The notes under the pieces: model-generated
The model's input: the letters and a program-made list of their open reading frames with translations, nothing else
Told to the model about the DNA's origin: nothing
Databases searched by the model: none
Origin: Tubiluchus corallicola
Taxonomy: Eukaryota > Animalia > Priapulida
Direction of reading: 5' to 3'
Assembly (NCBI GenBank): GCA_030141605.1
Contig: JAQGDQ010002371.1
Location: 496,001 to 560,000 of the forward strand
Length of the DNA: 64,000 bases
Made by a program: the position numbers and the translations under genes
Shown here: positions 53,201 through 64,000 of the stretch, in pieces
Numbering within the stretch: the stretch's first letter is position 1
Layout of the letters: the number at the start of each line of letters is the position of its first letter

Positions 53201-56200
53201 TCTTATGAACAATGGCAGTTTAATTCAAGACGAAGTTCCAAGTTTTGCCTGGCTGACTCTTTGAGCTTAACAATGCCTAGTTACATCAGTTAAACACTGT
53301 CACTACAATAATCAGCTAAACAGAACTTAAAAAAGTAGATGGACACTCACCAATCATAAAATAGTCTATGACAACATAAATTAATGGCACGGTAGCAAAA
53401 AATGGCAGCTGAAAGAAAGAAAAAACTCAAATAACAAAACAAGTTTTAACTTATGCAAGTCTCCCGTTTGAATTGCAGACCAGTTCCCATGGCAGCGTGA
53501 AATACAAAAAACCTATATTTTTTACTGTGGATTTTATGGGAAACCACTGGTCATCAGCTTAAAAAGGAGGCTTGCAAATGTTAATCAATTGGTCAATTAA
53601 CATTACATATTTTTCTTTTATTTATTTCACATAAACAGCTCATATATAAACAGCTAACAATCGAATGAATTACACAAATCAATAAAATAAAATAAAAGAG
53701 AAGGAATGGCAAAATAATTACTGGCCTAAATGTATTCGGCCAGGTTGGGGAATAGGTTCTCGCACAGAGCGGACGTGTGTACAAGTCGTCTCGTGTTGCT
53801 AATAAGGCTATACTTGGCAGGCAATTAGTGTTATATACCTGTACAGCTATATAGGCTACAGTATGCAGAAACTTTAAATTATTTTCACTACTTTTAACTT
53901 TAAATTATTTACAACAGTGAGTGGTATTTTTGTGAGTACTTAAAGTAATGTCTGGGGCAACAAGAAAATATTGTCAAACGTGCACACAACGAAGACCAAA
54001 TTTGAAAATATGAGAGAACGTTTGGTGCATTGAAATATGTGACACTAAAGCCAAAAATCAAAGAAGCCAGAGCAGCAATACGTGTTCTAAATTTAGTGAA
54101 GGTAAAACGTTTTGTATAGAAGATTTAGCGTTGTTAGAAATCAAAGGGCAGTCAAAGTGTTTAGGCGTTTGTATATCTGTAAGGTATTTACAGTAATTAC
54201 TGTCGGCTAGACCAATTGTACATAAGAAGGAGTTATAACCTCTGCCAAGTAAAAGGTTGAGCGCAAGGGATTCTAAGCTTCTGCCATATCTACCAGTTGG
54301 TAGACCAGGGCTGTGAGAGAAGACATAGCATTTTCTGTATTCCTTCCGTTAAAAAAAGCCTCTGAATCGTATTATGCGGTTCCAGACGGCCATTTATCGA
54401 GATCTGCCCTGAGTGGATTAGCACTTTCAGCATTACGTTCGTTCAACCACATAGCTTACGTTTTCGTTTCTTGCTATACCAATGTTTTTTATAGTCCTCA
54501 GAAAAAATTTAGTTGCTGTTAAGTTACTTGTCAAAAAGTGCTTATGAAAAACACTGTTATTTAGTTCCCGCTCCATTGATAAGATATTGTCTTTAACCAA
54601 GTCTTCACCTGATCGGGACAGTGACTTTAAAATGAATCTGCAAACATTGGCTGAGAACAAAATATCCAAAGGGGGAATGCCACACATACGCTCAACCAAA
54701 TCTTTGGCAGGATTTTAACCGACACCCACTGCAGTTTTCAGATATGTGGGTGGCAACAGTGGTTATCCAAGCTTTTGTTTTCTGCCCTAATGCCTTTTTG
54801 TTAGTTCGTTCATCGTGAAGTCGCTATTGTATTAGCTGCTGTCATTATCAATGTACTGAAAGTTTTTCATGTTCTCTTCAATTTCCTGAAACCAACGAGT
54901 ATCATAGCCTGCTGCCTTTATATGTTTCCCCAGTAAAGAAAGTGCGAAATAAAACGTCACATTTTTCTTCATCACCGGCATAGTAATTTCCGTTTACTTT
55001 TAAAATATCAATGTTTTGTTGGGCCTGTTTAGTAAATACACTGTGATATGTCTTCCAGAAATCTTTACCTTTTTCCACGTTTAGATTAGACGCATTGCGG
55101 ATGTATTTGTCTCGTGTTGTATATTGCTATCAAAGAGATAATGTATTCAACCTTGTTCTCGTAGTGAGAAAGACGTAAATATTTCTTGCGCGCCGCCCTG
55201 GGGTTTTTAGACAGACCTAATAATGCTGAATTCCAAAACGGCTTACTGTATTTTGATATCCGTTTGTTAATTAACGATCTTGCGTTTGCTTCTATAACAG
55301 TATTTAAAAAAGCTGCCTGACCTTGTCCGCATTATCTGCGTTTAAAAGTGTAATAAATTCCGGAAACTTTGCTCTTATATTATGCTCTAAAGCACTAGAC
55401 TACTGTACCCAATTACCATTTTTCAAGTCGTTTACTGTGCGGGTATAAGCACTATTAGTGTTGCACCAATCAAACATACTAAAATGGGATAATGACCCAT
55501 TAGTGGGGCACTAGTAAACAATTCTGTTTTTTTTTGTCCACATACTGCCTCATCAAATGGGCAGTAAACCCAGTTGAACATAAAATGAGATCTATAACAC
55601 TGTTGCGAGACACATATTGGAAAGTTGGCTCACTAAAATGCTTGATGTAAAATACGCCCGTGCTCATTTGAGTCTTTGTCCCAAAGAAAATTTCGAGCGT
55701 TAACATCACCAACAGCTAATACACCGCACAAACTTTGCTGATCTGCAAAATCGAGTGCTTTTTGAAAGTTCAAAGTAAACGCTTTCATCAAGCATGATTG
55801 GCTTGGTTTGCTGTACAATGAGCTGACTAAAAACTTTTTACTTCCAAAATGTAGGAGAACCCAAATCACATCCAGTTCTCGTGATTCCAGTTCAAAGACT
55901 CTGCAAGCAGTTATACTATGTCTGACGAGAACAGCAGCTCCTCCTGAGTTTCCTTGAGACGGTTTAACGTATGAATTGTGATTTTTTAAAGAAGTTTTCT
56001 TATTCGCCCTTTATTTTATTTCTTGTAAGGCAATGATGTCGAATTTGCGCAAGTTAGCATAATTGTCTAAGGCGCATTGTGACCTGTCTGAAAAACAATT
56101 TATGTTTACTTGACAATATGACTTAGATAATTATGCGAATTATTAACCATTGTTAGGGTTTAATCGGTTTATCTCATCTATATAAGCTGGACATTTCTTG

Positions 56201-59200
56201 TTCCACGTTGCGTGTTGGTCACCACAATCAGACAATTACATGAGCTTGTCTCGTGTTTAGAAGAGCACCTGCCACATTTTGCTGGTTCTTTGCACCGTTT
56301 GGCGATGTGACCAAATTCTTGGCATTTGTAACACCGCAATGGATTGCGTTTTTGTACAAACGTTTCTACACCGCAGATCATCTGACCAATCGCTATCCTG
56401 TTAGTGGAACCACATTCGCAACCTCCTTATAACAAATCCTTGCTTTGAGGTTATTAATCTATAGTGCCAAGAAAGCTAATAGAAAACTGTATAACTTTTT
56501 GTTGACTTTCAAAAAGCGTATGGACAACGTTAAAAGAGGTGTTCTAATTAAAGTACTAAAACAATACGGTTTGTTGCAAAACGATGTTGAAAGCAAATCG
56601 TGCGTATGTAACTCAGGGTATTTTAGGAAACAAAACTTTTTGTTCAAATTGTGCCGTGAAACAGGGTTCACCCAGCTCATGTACCCTTTGTATTTACGCA
56701 AATCCACTAGTGCGCACGTTAAAAGCTCTAGGGCAAGATGGTTGGTAGCTCACTATATTTATTTGCGGTCTGTGATTACAGCTGATGCTAAGATGAGCTC
56801 TGTAGTTGCAAATCGCTTAGAGGTCAAGCAATCCCATGTACTTAAGTTTCGCACATTCACAGATAAAAATAAAGATTACCCTTTTTGGGTCAAGAAAAAA
56901 GTTTTAGATTCTGCCCTACTAGCAGGTGTTTTTACAGCAGTGAAACCGGGAATTACGAAAATATATCAGCTCAGTCACAAACCATTAATGCAATGTTTCC
57001 ACATCGCAAGAAATGTTAACTCAAACCTAGCAAAGTATCTTGCCAATTAACCAGCCGGCTGTCACATAGATTATTTTATCTAGTGATCCCGAAAAATTGA
57101 TAGATACAACTAGAGCTAGTGCCTCATCAAAGAGGATGACGTATAAACAATTAAATCCCACCCTAAAGCCACCTATGATTCCATGCAATATTGTCGAAAA
57201 ATTTTATAATGTAAATTTATTTTTATTATTAACGTTGTTAAAATATTGCGTTTATATAGATCATGTATGTGGAATATTACTTCACATGCATGGTTCTTTA
57301 GTGTAGGGAAAACGCATGCGGTTTGCTTGCGAGCGCATGATGTTCAACCCTGTGCGAAACTATACTAACGTTTTTTACGGCTTTCAATTCTTTAGCATAG
57401 CGGATACGCCGTTGGTTTAGGTACAGACACAGGCATACGCAGTAAACAAATCGGAATCACTATCACTTGGAGAAGGAGAGGAACCGTGGCTTTATGAACA
57501 AGACACATTTAAATAAAACATCTTTTTGCAGAATATCATATACGCACTGTTTTCTGTTTTGATGAAAAATACTTTCTAATACATTCATTTCTATTAAGCT
57601 ACTTTTGGTATTCATTAGTGCCACAAACTGCGATGAATTTCTCGTTACTTCCCAACTGACTAGATTAACTTTTTTAACAAACTGCTTTGGCTCTATGCTT
57701 TAAGTTTTACAGTTACTATCGAATCTGTTTTTTCGGAATTAGTTATTAAAGTTACAATCATTTAAATCTATCCTTTTTTCTCATCCGATTCTTTTCATAT
57801 ATATATAAACAGCGAACTGCATGTCTACCATCAACAATTCATTTTCATCTTCAACTTTGCATCATTTTTTCAATTTTAGCAAGTGCATGTACATGTAGAA
57901 GACAGAAATGAGCAATGTCGAGCTAAGGAATTCAATGATGTACGTTATACTGTATACTTCTAGCGGCCAAGTGCAATTACTTTGGCACAAGACCGTTCGA
58001 GCGGGCAAGAACAGACGCCAGGCAAGGTAAAATTTTACTCATGCCTAATTAAATTTTGATAGGCCTACAACGACGTGTTATCAGTTTAACATAATCACGT
58101 AACAGTTGTTTGGTAATTTCGTTAACAAAGCGAATGTCAGAACGCATACCTGTGCAAACATTTTGCTAAGATAATACGTGTCAAGCCTATAGTCACCATT
58201 AAAGTGTTCTCTCATAATTATTAGACTCTCCTCGCAAAATACCTGAAAAATAGGTCAATTTTATGACGGCATCTTAGCAAAAAAGGTCCAAGTTAACCAA
58301 GTCATAAGGTGTAATGTTAAAGTGGTAATAGTGTTTTTATCATACAGTCTGATTTTAAAGTTGTAATATTTCGTATACCAAAGTTAAGGAACGCTGCTTC
58401 TGGCGGTTTTTGATTAAGACGTCCCTGAAATTCACTCTTTCATCTCAGATGAATTATCCTTAGTATACGCAACGTTGCTTTCCTGCCATAAGTAGTGTCA
58501 AAACAAGTATGCCCTATTAGCAAGTGCTCGCAGCGTACCTTACTATATAAACATAAACAAACTTGCAAATATGATACAAGTTATATTGTTAAAGCTAACG
58601 CAAGGCCTATACGCAACTATTTCGTTAAAGTAAAATATTTTCTATGAAACTGTGAAACAGCAAACATCTACTTGCCAGGAGAATTGAAAACATGTTCTGC
58701 ATTAGAGTCATCATGACCAAGAGAAGTACAAAACCGGAAATGTTTTGAATGGCTTCCTGATTTAATTTCTGTTGCAAGTACATCATTCCAACCATCACCG
58801 CATTTACCTGAAAAATTTGTGTTAAAACCGTTTTCATAAATAAATATTGTCTATAATTTATTAATATATCTAAACGAGAGTATACACTAGACCTGAGCTA
58901 CTAAACGTACCTCTTATGAAATTTATTATGTTTCCTTTACAAGTTTAATTTGTCATATCTCAATTATCTGCAAAATTTTGTTTTTTGTTTGCTTATAATG
59001 GATAAAGCTCAGTAATAAACTCTACGACTACAACAAATAACCGAAATCAGTTCTGACACAGCAAAGTGGCGTCATCTGTAGAAAGTTTAGGTGAAATAAT
59101 CGGTCCTGAAAATAATTATAAGTCTGGTTGCATTCCTTGTTTAGACACTATATGAGCTTAGTTTAGCTTTTCGTAGTAATCCTACACTTTTGATTTGATT

Positions 59201-62200
59201 TGACAGGTAGAATGTGACGGTGTAACTACATGTAGCATGTGATTGTGATCAACAGGGAAAGTCTGAAATTTCACTCCAATGACGTTTGTTTAGACTATCG
59301 GACATCTCTGTAATGACTGAATGACATTCAGAGTTGTCATTCTTGATGTCATCCTGTCCTAGCAAGCGTCGCGCGTCTAGACCATCGCTTTTCCTGATGG
59401 AAAACAAAACTAATCAACAAAAGCACTGTGGCCACATTAAGAAACAGACTTTTGATTGGGTAAATATCTCATCACAAAGCGCGTCACTCAAGAATTATAC
59501 AATTTGAATTCATCAGTATCGCATAAAGCGGTCATTCACGCGTGCACAGACTACCAGGAAAGCTTGCCACTCACTTTCACAACTAATCATCGGGTATACC
59601 CTACAATCTAAACGGACATTAATTACCCATAATACTCACAAATAACACTTCAACATGCAGAAACTAGCGCTTCCTAATTACTGTTGTTCGAATAAAATCC
59701 AAAGTAAAGACAGTTTAAATATTCTACTCCTATAATTTATATGACAAAAAAAATTATAGTTGAAACCAATATTAAGCAGACCATAATTAAGCAGACTTAC
59801 AATAGTTTGAATTACAGTAATTTTAACAGCCTGTGGATCTCGAATCTCAGTGGTAAATGATCTTTGTGTGAGCGCCATCAGCTGCTTTAGCCAACTTGCT
59901 TTGTACCTGGGCAGTCAAAGGATATAATTTGTATGTGAAATATGCCAAAAGTTTTAACCTAATAAAACAAAGATTAAGACTTAATCGTAGATACTAATTG
60001 ACGTTTTTATTCTTTCCTCAAAAGCATACATTAGAGAATGTATTGATGTTTTATTAGTGTTTAAGACAATAAATGTCAACCCTAATAAAATACTATTTAT
60101 TATTAACTAGGTGTAAGACACATACTAGGATGGAAAATTAAATTAAGTCACTAATTATAATTAAGCTTTCATGTTTCAAATAACAATATACTTACGGCGA
60201 TCCATAAACCAACAGTTCACCAAACTGAAAAAACAAAATAAAATTGTATATGTACGAAAACATATAGTTACAAAAATATGAGTTTACTCTAGTCTATATT
60301 ACATATTTGTTTAAGTGTAGTTGCTTCAGTTTAAGTGCAATAATTAAGAATAACTAAGAATTCTTACGTCATAGAGTTGCTTGTTCTCGTTGTCCTCCTT
60401 AATCACTTGTTTTATTACTCCACGTTCTGCTGATATCTCAAATGCGTCGCAGATTTTCTAAAAAATGTCCACACTCTTTACCATTCTTTGACTGATAGGC
60501 GCTTTTAGATTGATCACGTTATATGCCATAAGCAAATTTTAAACTTGGGAAAGGGATTTTTTATGGTTATCGTGGTATTTAGACTTAGTTCGTAAACCAT
60601 TTTAGCTGGACACCAAACTTTTAAAACATTACAAAGCTACACACAACTATGTGGAAGTTAATGACAAATTTCAAATCGGTCAGTGATAAAATTATAGAAT
60701 TTATAAAATTACGCCAAGGATAATCAGAAAGATGCCCAAAAATTTGGCGTTTCGAACCGAGGGCTCTCCAGTAATTAAGCTGTATAGTAATTAGGAGTTT
60801 AGTAATGAAAAGAAAGTTGCACGATTTTGCCACTGACAGCCGAAGAACTCTTCACGGGTTATAGCGATTACAAATTATAGTTCTTAATTATCTTAACTAT
60901 CAATCCTGGTAAATTTTTACACCCGTTTAATTTTTTTTACTCCTCATCCCTTTGCATAACCACGTTTATACTTCCATCAGAAATACACGAACCTCAATTT
61001 TATCTCTGCATTGCGTTTCTTTTGCCGGAATGACGGCTAGAATGTCCACATAATAGTCTGCAGGGTTGAATTTTGGGGGGCATCTCAAATTCAGACTATC
61101 AAAATATCCATGAAGAGCTTTCGTTGAACCCAAATATGCTACTCTGCCTTCTGCCATCAACAGCAGCCTGAAAACCGTAAACACCGTAACTTGAATGCAA
61201 CATTATTCCTTCATAACCTTCATTATCAGGAATCCAAAATAATAAAGGAATGGAATGTGTTTTTTGCTTTACGGGTTACCATCTGGTTTTTTAGCTGTGA
61301 CTATTGCTAGTTGATAACTTAATTAAAGTCACTTGAATTTTCAAGTGATGTTATGTAGTTTTATGGTTGTTAGAGGCTGAATAAAACCATGTAGCCAAAT
61401 GTTGCAATTTTCAATACAAATGTTTTCAAAACTAGTTTGGGCACCTTTTACCCTTCGTTATTCTCGAGCAAATCTGAAGTATGTGTACTTCGCATCCAAA
61501 TCAACACATTTTAGAAAACCAAAAATCCATAAGCAAAACAAATTCATTTGGTAGTCTGGATAGGCAAAACTGGTACAATAAAGAAATCTATAACAGTCGT
61601 ACTTTACCTGTCAAACATAGCGTACAATTCCGACGCAGGCTGATGTATGGTACACAGAATAGTTCGTCCTTTACTAGCCATGTCTTTCATGACCATGACA
61701 ACATTTTGTGCCATAAAAGAATCTAAGCCAGAAGTCGGTTCGTCACAAAACATTAACTTTGGGTCTGTTAACACCTAGTAATTAGAAAAAAGCTTAAATA
61801 AATTATGATTCAACAGACGATGCCTCTAGATAGAGTTTAGTTTTGAGACGGCCATAGCCTTCGCTCTATTAGTATAGGAATACAATATTATCATAACTGA
61901 TCAGCGACTGTAACTCATATATTGAAAAATGCTGAGCGTGAGTTACAGTTTAAGCTTGCCATGTGGGTATATGAAGACAAACGTTGGATGCAAACAAGCA
62001 AAAATGTGTACAATCTCATCTTATCTCAATTCTCTAATCTCCTATCTCTAATAAAAACACTGTTGGAATTTCAAGTTCCTAGTTCCTTTGGGTCACGGCT
62101 ACTTTTGCCAACATCCGAAAAGCTCTAACTGCAAATTGGATGTTCAAGTTGGTTTAAAAAAAGAGCTAAAGATTTGGCTAGTTTTGGTGGTATTGAACTC

Positions 62201-64000
62201 TTTAAAAATGCTTGATTATTGTTACTAAACTTAGAACATTCATTTGGTGCTAACAGAAAAGGGGATTTTCGTATATGTTTAAATACTATTTTTGTTCTTC
62301 CCCAGCATGTAATGGCAACAAAATTGAGTTTTTATATAAAGGGTATGAACGGAATCCTATACATAAGAAAGCGTGAATAGGAATTTATACCTTCTAATAT
62401 GTAGAACTCTGGGAATTCCCCTTTCTACAGGAATTTAATTTTTATTCCAATTCCATTCATTTTTCCACAAAAGGTATTCTCATAGGAATTCCACCGAATA
62501 CCCATACATAAGAAATTAAAGTTAAGCATGCATGCTTTAAATAAGAGCGTACGTACTTCACACGCAAACGCGAGACGTTTTTTCTCTCCTCCTGAAATGC
62601 CTTTCATTCTGCCAGGAATACCAATCAGCGTATTCTCGCATGACTTGAGACTAAACTGCAATATTTAATGAAATCGCTTTAGTTCATGTTCTGGCTTGAA
62701 ACATACATAAAATTTTCACTTTTCAGACCTTTTAGTTTTTTTATTTCATAGTTAGTATCATCGTAACTGAATAAGATGCTCAGATGACTATAAAATTAAT
62801 ATTAATTGCTGCAGTTTTTTAAAAGTAGCAGTATAAAAATTTTATAGTACTTCAAAAGTTTTTACGGGAAATCAGAGTTTCGCTTGAGAGAAAACTAGAG
62901 TTTCAAGCTGCTGTAATTTGCCTACTTTAAAACAAATAGAATTTTGTTCATATGTTGCGTGGAATTTTTTTGCACATGATAGCTTAAAAACGACATCTAC
63001 TTTATTAGCCTTTTCTCCAAAATTTAGCAATTAAATGTAATAAATATTCGTTACTTCAATCAACGCCTCTTCTACTTTTTCCATACGCTGTTGGTAAGAT
63101 AACTTTTCATCCATCCTTAAAAGAGCCTATAAATTGAAGAAATGTTTATTAAAACCAGCCAATCATTCTACGTATTCTCCCAACTTTGCTTTTAAAATAG
63201 CAGAACAGAAAAGTTTTAAAATTCGGACTGTTATATCTTTGAGTTTTCTGTTGCTCACGTGAATTTTAAGGATTCACGGTGGTAAATGAAACGTCTGCTA
63301 TAATACATTACATATAAAATGTACGGAGGAGGAAGATCAAGAGGTTGAGTAACACGAATGTGTGTGAATGAGTCTGTACTTCAATAAATAGGACCTTAGG
63401 TTCAACCTTGAATGTTATTGAGTTACCCATTCGGCGAAAGCAGCTGGATTTTATCACTAGAAATGCACGAAATAAATTGGTTTAGTTCAATTTTGACTAT
63501 TATCGCGTTTACTCATTTTTCTCGAAAGCACCTGAATTTTATTACTTGTAATGCAACTAATTTGCTGCTGCTTCAAACTCAGCAGCTTGGTCAGTCAGAG
63601 GGCATCATTTGCGATAAATTTTAAATAATAAATACAACTAACGTTTTATTTTAATCATTACTATTGAGCGAGTAAGGTTTCCAATCTACTTAGGTAAATT
63701 GCCTACATATAGTATTCTATTCTGTCTACCGCAACTAACACATGATGAGAGTACTATTGTTGTTTTAGTTATGTAGACAAGCTGAGTAACTGTTTTCAAG
63801 TGATTAAGCTTGTTTTCAGAAAAAAGTATCAAAAAGTAGGCCTACCTGAAACTTTAAATGTTCTCTCACGGTAAGCATACCAAGAAAGAGATCGTCTTGC
63901 TGGACATAGGCTGAAATAGATCGTATGCCAGGTCCAAGAAAATGGCCATTTATTTTCACCGTACCATGCAGAGTAAACGCACTAGTGTGCCTGTGCGTAA
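50188..64000 (-). CDS. white: White/scarlet-like ABCG half-transporter; 16 coding exons visible, 5' end outside the window
   Basis: Q-loop AYVQQDDLF, signature ISGGEKKR, Walker B/D-loop [13 protein letters not shown]-loop TIHQP, NPADY motif and a 6-TM ABC2 domain ending ...RAKKAA*. All 15 introns are phase-consistent. Strict orthology to white versus scarlet is not resolved. Confidence 0.93.
50873..50943 (-). CDS. ABCG exon: [23 protein letters not shown]
   Basis: 71 nt, phase 1-0. Confidence 0.9.
51055..51155 (-). CDS. ABCG exon: [33 protein letters not shown]
   Basis: 101 nt, phase 2-1. Confidence 0.92.
51844..51949 (-). CDS. ABCG exon: [34 protein letters not shown]
   Basis: 106 nt, phase 1-2. 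Confidence 0.9.
52711..52788 (-). CDS. ABCG exon: [25 protein letters not shown]
   Basis: 78 nt, phase 1-1. Confidence 0.9.
53351..53408 (-). CDS. ABCG exon: [19 protein letters not shown](G)
   Basis: 58 nt, phase 0-1. Confidence 0.9.
53605..56400 (-). mobile_element. I-group (I/Nimb/Ingi-like) LINE relic in an ABCG intron
   Basis: ORF1 zinc knuckles [26 protein letters not shown]2 APE motifs (QVNINC...[28 protein letters not shown]). Post-RT '[11 protein letters not shown]' and RNase H-like remnants near 54300. A-rich 3' end with AATAAA near 53620. The RT core is not recognisable. Confidence 0.8.
56430..57100 (+). mobile_element. Non-LTR retrotransposon RT fragment, opposite orientation to the adjacent LINE
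   Basis: With frameshifts it reads QILALRLLI...[27 protein letters not shown]...VKQGSP...[14 protein letters not shown]...YSSET, i.e. RT motifs and thumb. The 201-aa ORF 56445-57050 is a mosaic of these frames. Confidence 0.8.
58150..58242 (-). CDS. ABCG exon: [31 protein letters not shown]
   Basis: 93 nt, phase 0-0; contains the conserved 'RE...G.Y....Y' motif. Confidence 0.92.
58676..58807 (-). CDS. ABCG exon TM1-TM2, followed by a GC donor
   Basis: [13 protein letters not shown]...MQNMFSILL, then GCAAGT. 132 nt, phase 0-0. Confidence 0.85.
59801..59906 (-). CDS. ABCG exon: [35 protein letters not shown]
   Basis: 106 nt, phase 2-0. Confidence 0.92.
60196..60224 (-). CDS. ABCG 29-nt microexon: FGELLVYGS(P)
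   Basis: tttcAG...GTAAG boundaries. Phase 0-2, which is needed to join the phase-0 upstream exon to the phase-2 downstream exon. Confidence 0.8.
60368..60457 (-). CDS. ABCG linker exon: [30 protein letters not shown]
   Basis: 90 nt, phase 0-0; ICDAF is white-like. Confidence 0.88.
60993..61167 (-). CDS. ABCG exon: [13 protein letters not shown]...[11 protein letters not shown]...KIE
   Basis: 175 nt, phase 2-0. Confidence 0.93.
61608..61774 (-). CDS. ABCG exon with Walker B and H-loop
   Basis: [23 protein letters not shown]...[14 protein letters not shown]. 167 nt, phase 0-2. Confidence 0.95.
62557..62655 (-). CDS. ABCG exon with ABC signature: [33 protein letters not shown]
   Basis: AG/GT boundaries, 99 nt, phase 0-0. 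Confidence 0.95.
63055..63126 (-). CDS. ABCG exon: [24 protein letters not shown]
   Basis: AG/GT boundaries, 72 nt, phase 0-0. Confidence 0.92.
63846..64000 (-). CDS. ABCG exon (partial): [51 protein letters not shown]
   Basis: Q-loop region. Donor GTAGG, phase 0. Confidence 0.93.

Noticed and set aside
56445-57050. 201-aa ORF as a nested antisense host gene inside the ABCG intron
   Set aside because: It is a frameshift mosaic of LINE RT motifs ([20 protein letters not shown]).

Overview
AT-rich metazoan (invertebrate-type) nuclear DNA, not prokaryotic; the taxon cannot be fixed from sequence alone. Two host genes could be assembled by hand with phase-consistent splice sites. (1) A 3-exon class A GPCR on + (26263-27048, 41835-42042, 42964-43868; ~632 aa). 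It is prostanoid-receptor-like, with atypical signature residues, a ~330-aa Tyr-motif-rich tail and a C-terminal PDZ-type motif. (2) The 3' 16 coding exons of a white/scarlet-like ABCG half-transporter on - (50188 to beyond 64000), including a GC-AG intron and a 29-nt microexon. A pentraxin-domain exon (4559-4681) and a possible downstream exon (6916-7205) suggest a third, partial gene. The rest is mostly transposon-derived: a non-autonomous hAT element with a perfect 8-bp TSD carrying a Gypsy gag fragment (4853-6196), a decayed Gypsy pol with non-matching LTR candidates (8743-15380), a Helentron/HINE-like element enclosing ~30 copies of a 47-bp repeat (18139-20130), Academ-like relics, several LINE fragments, a 3x122-bp repeat and microsatellites. 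There is no CRISPR array, rRNA gene or intact tRNA gene. All family assignments come from motif recognition by eye, with no database search.
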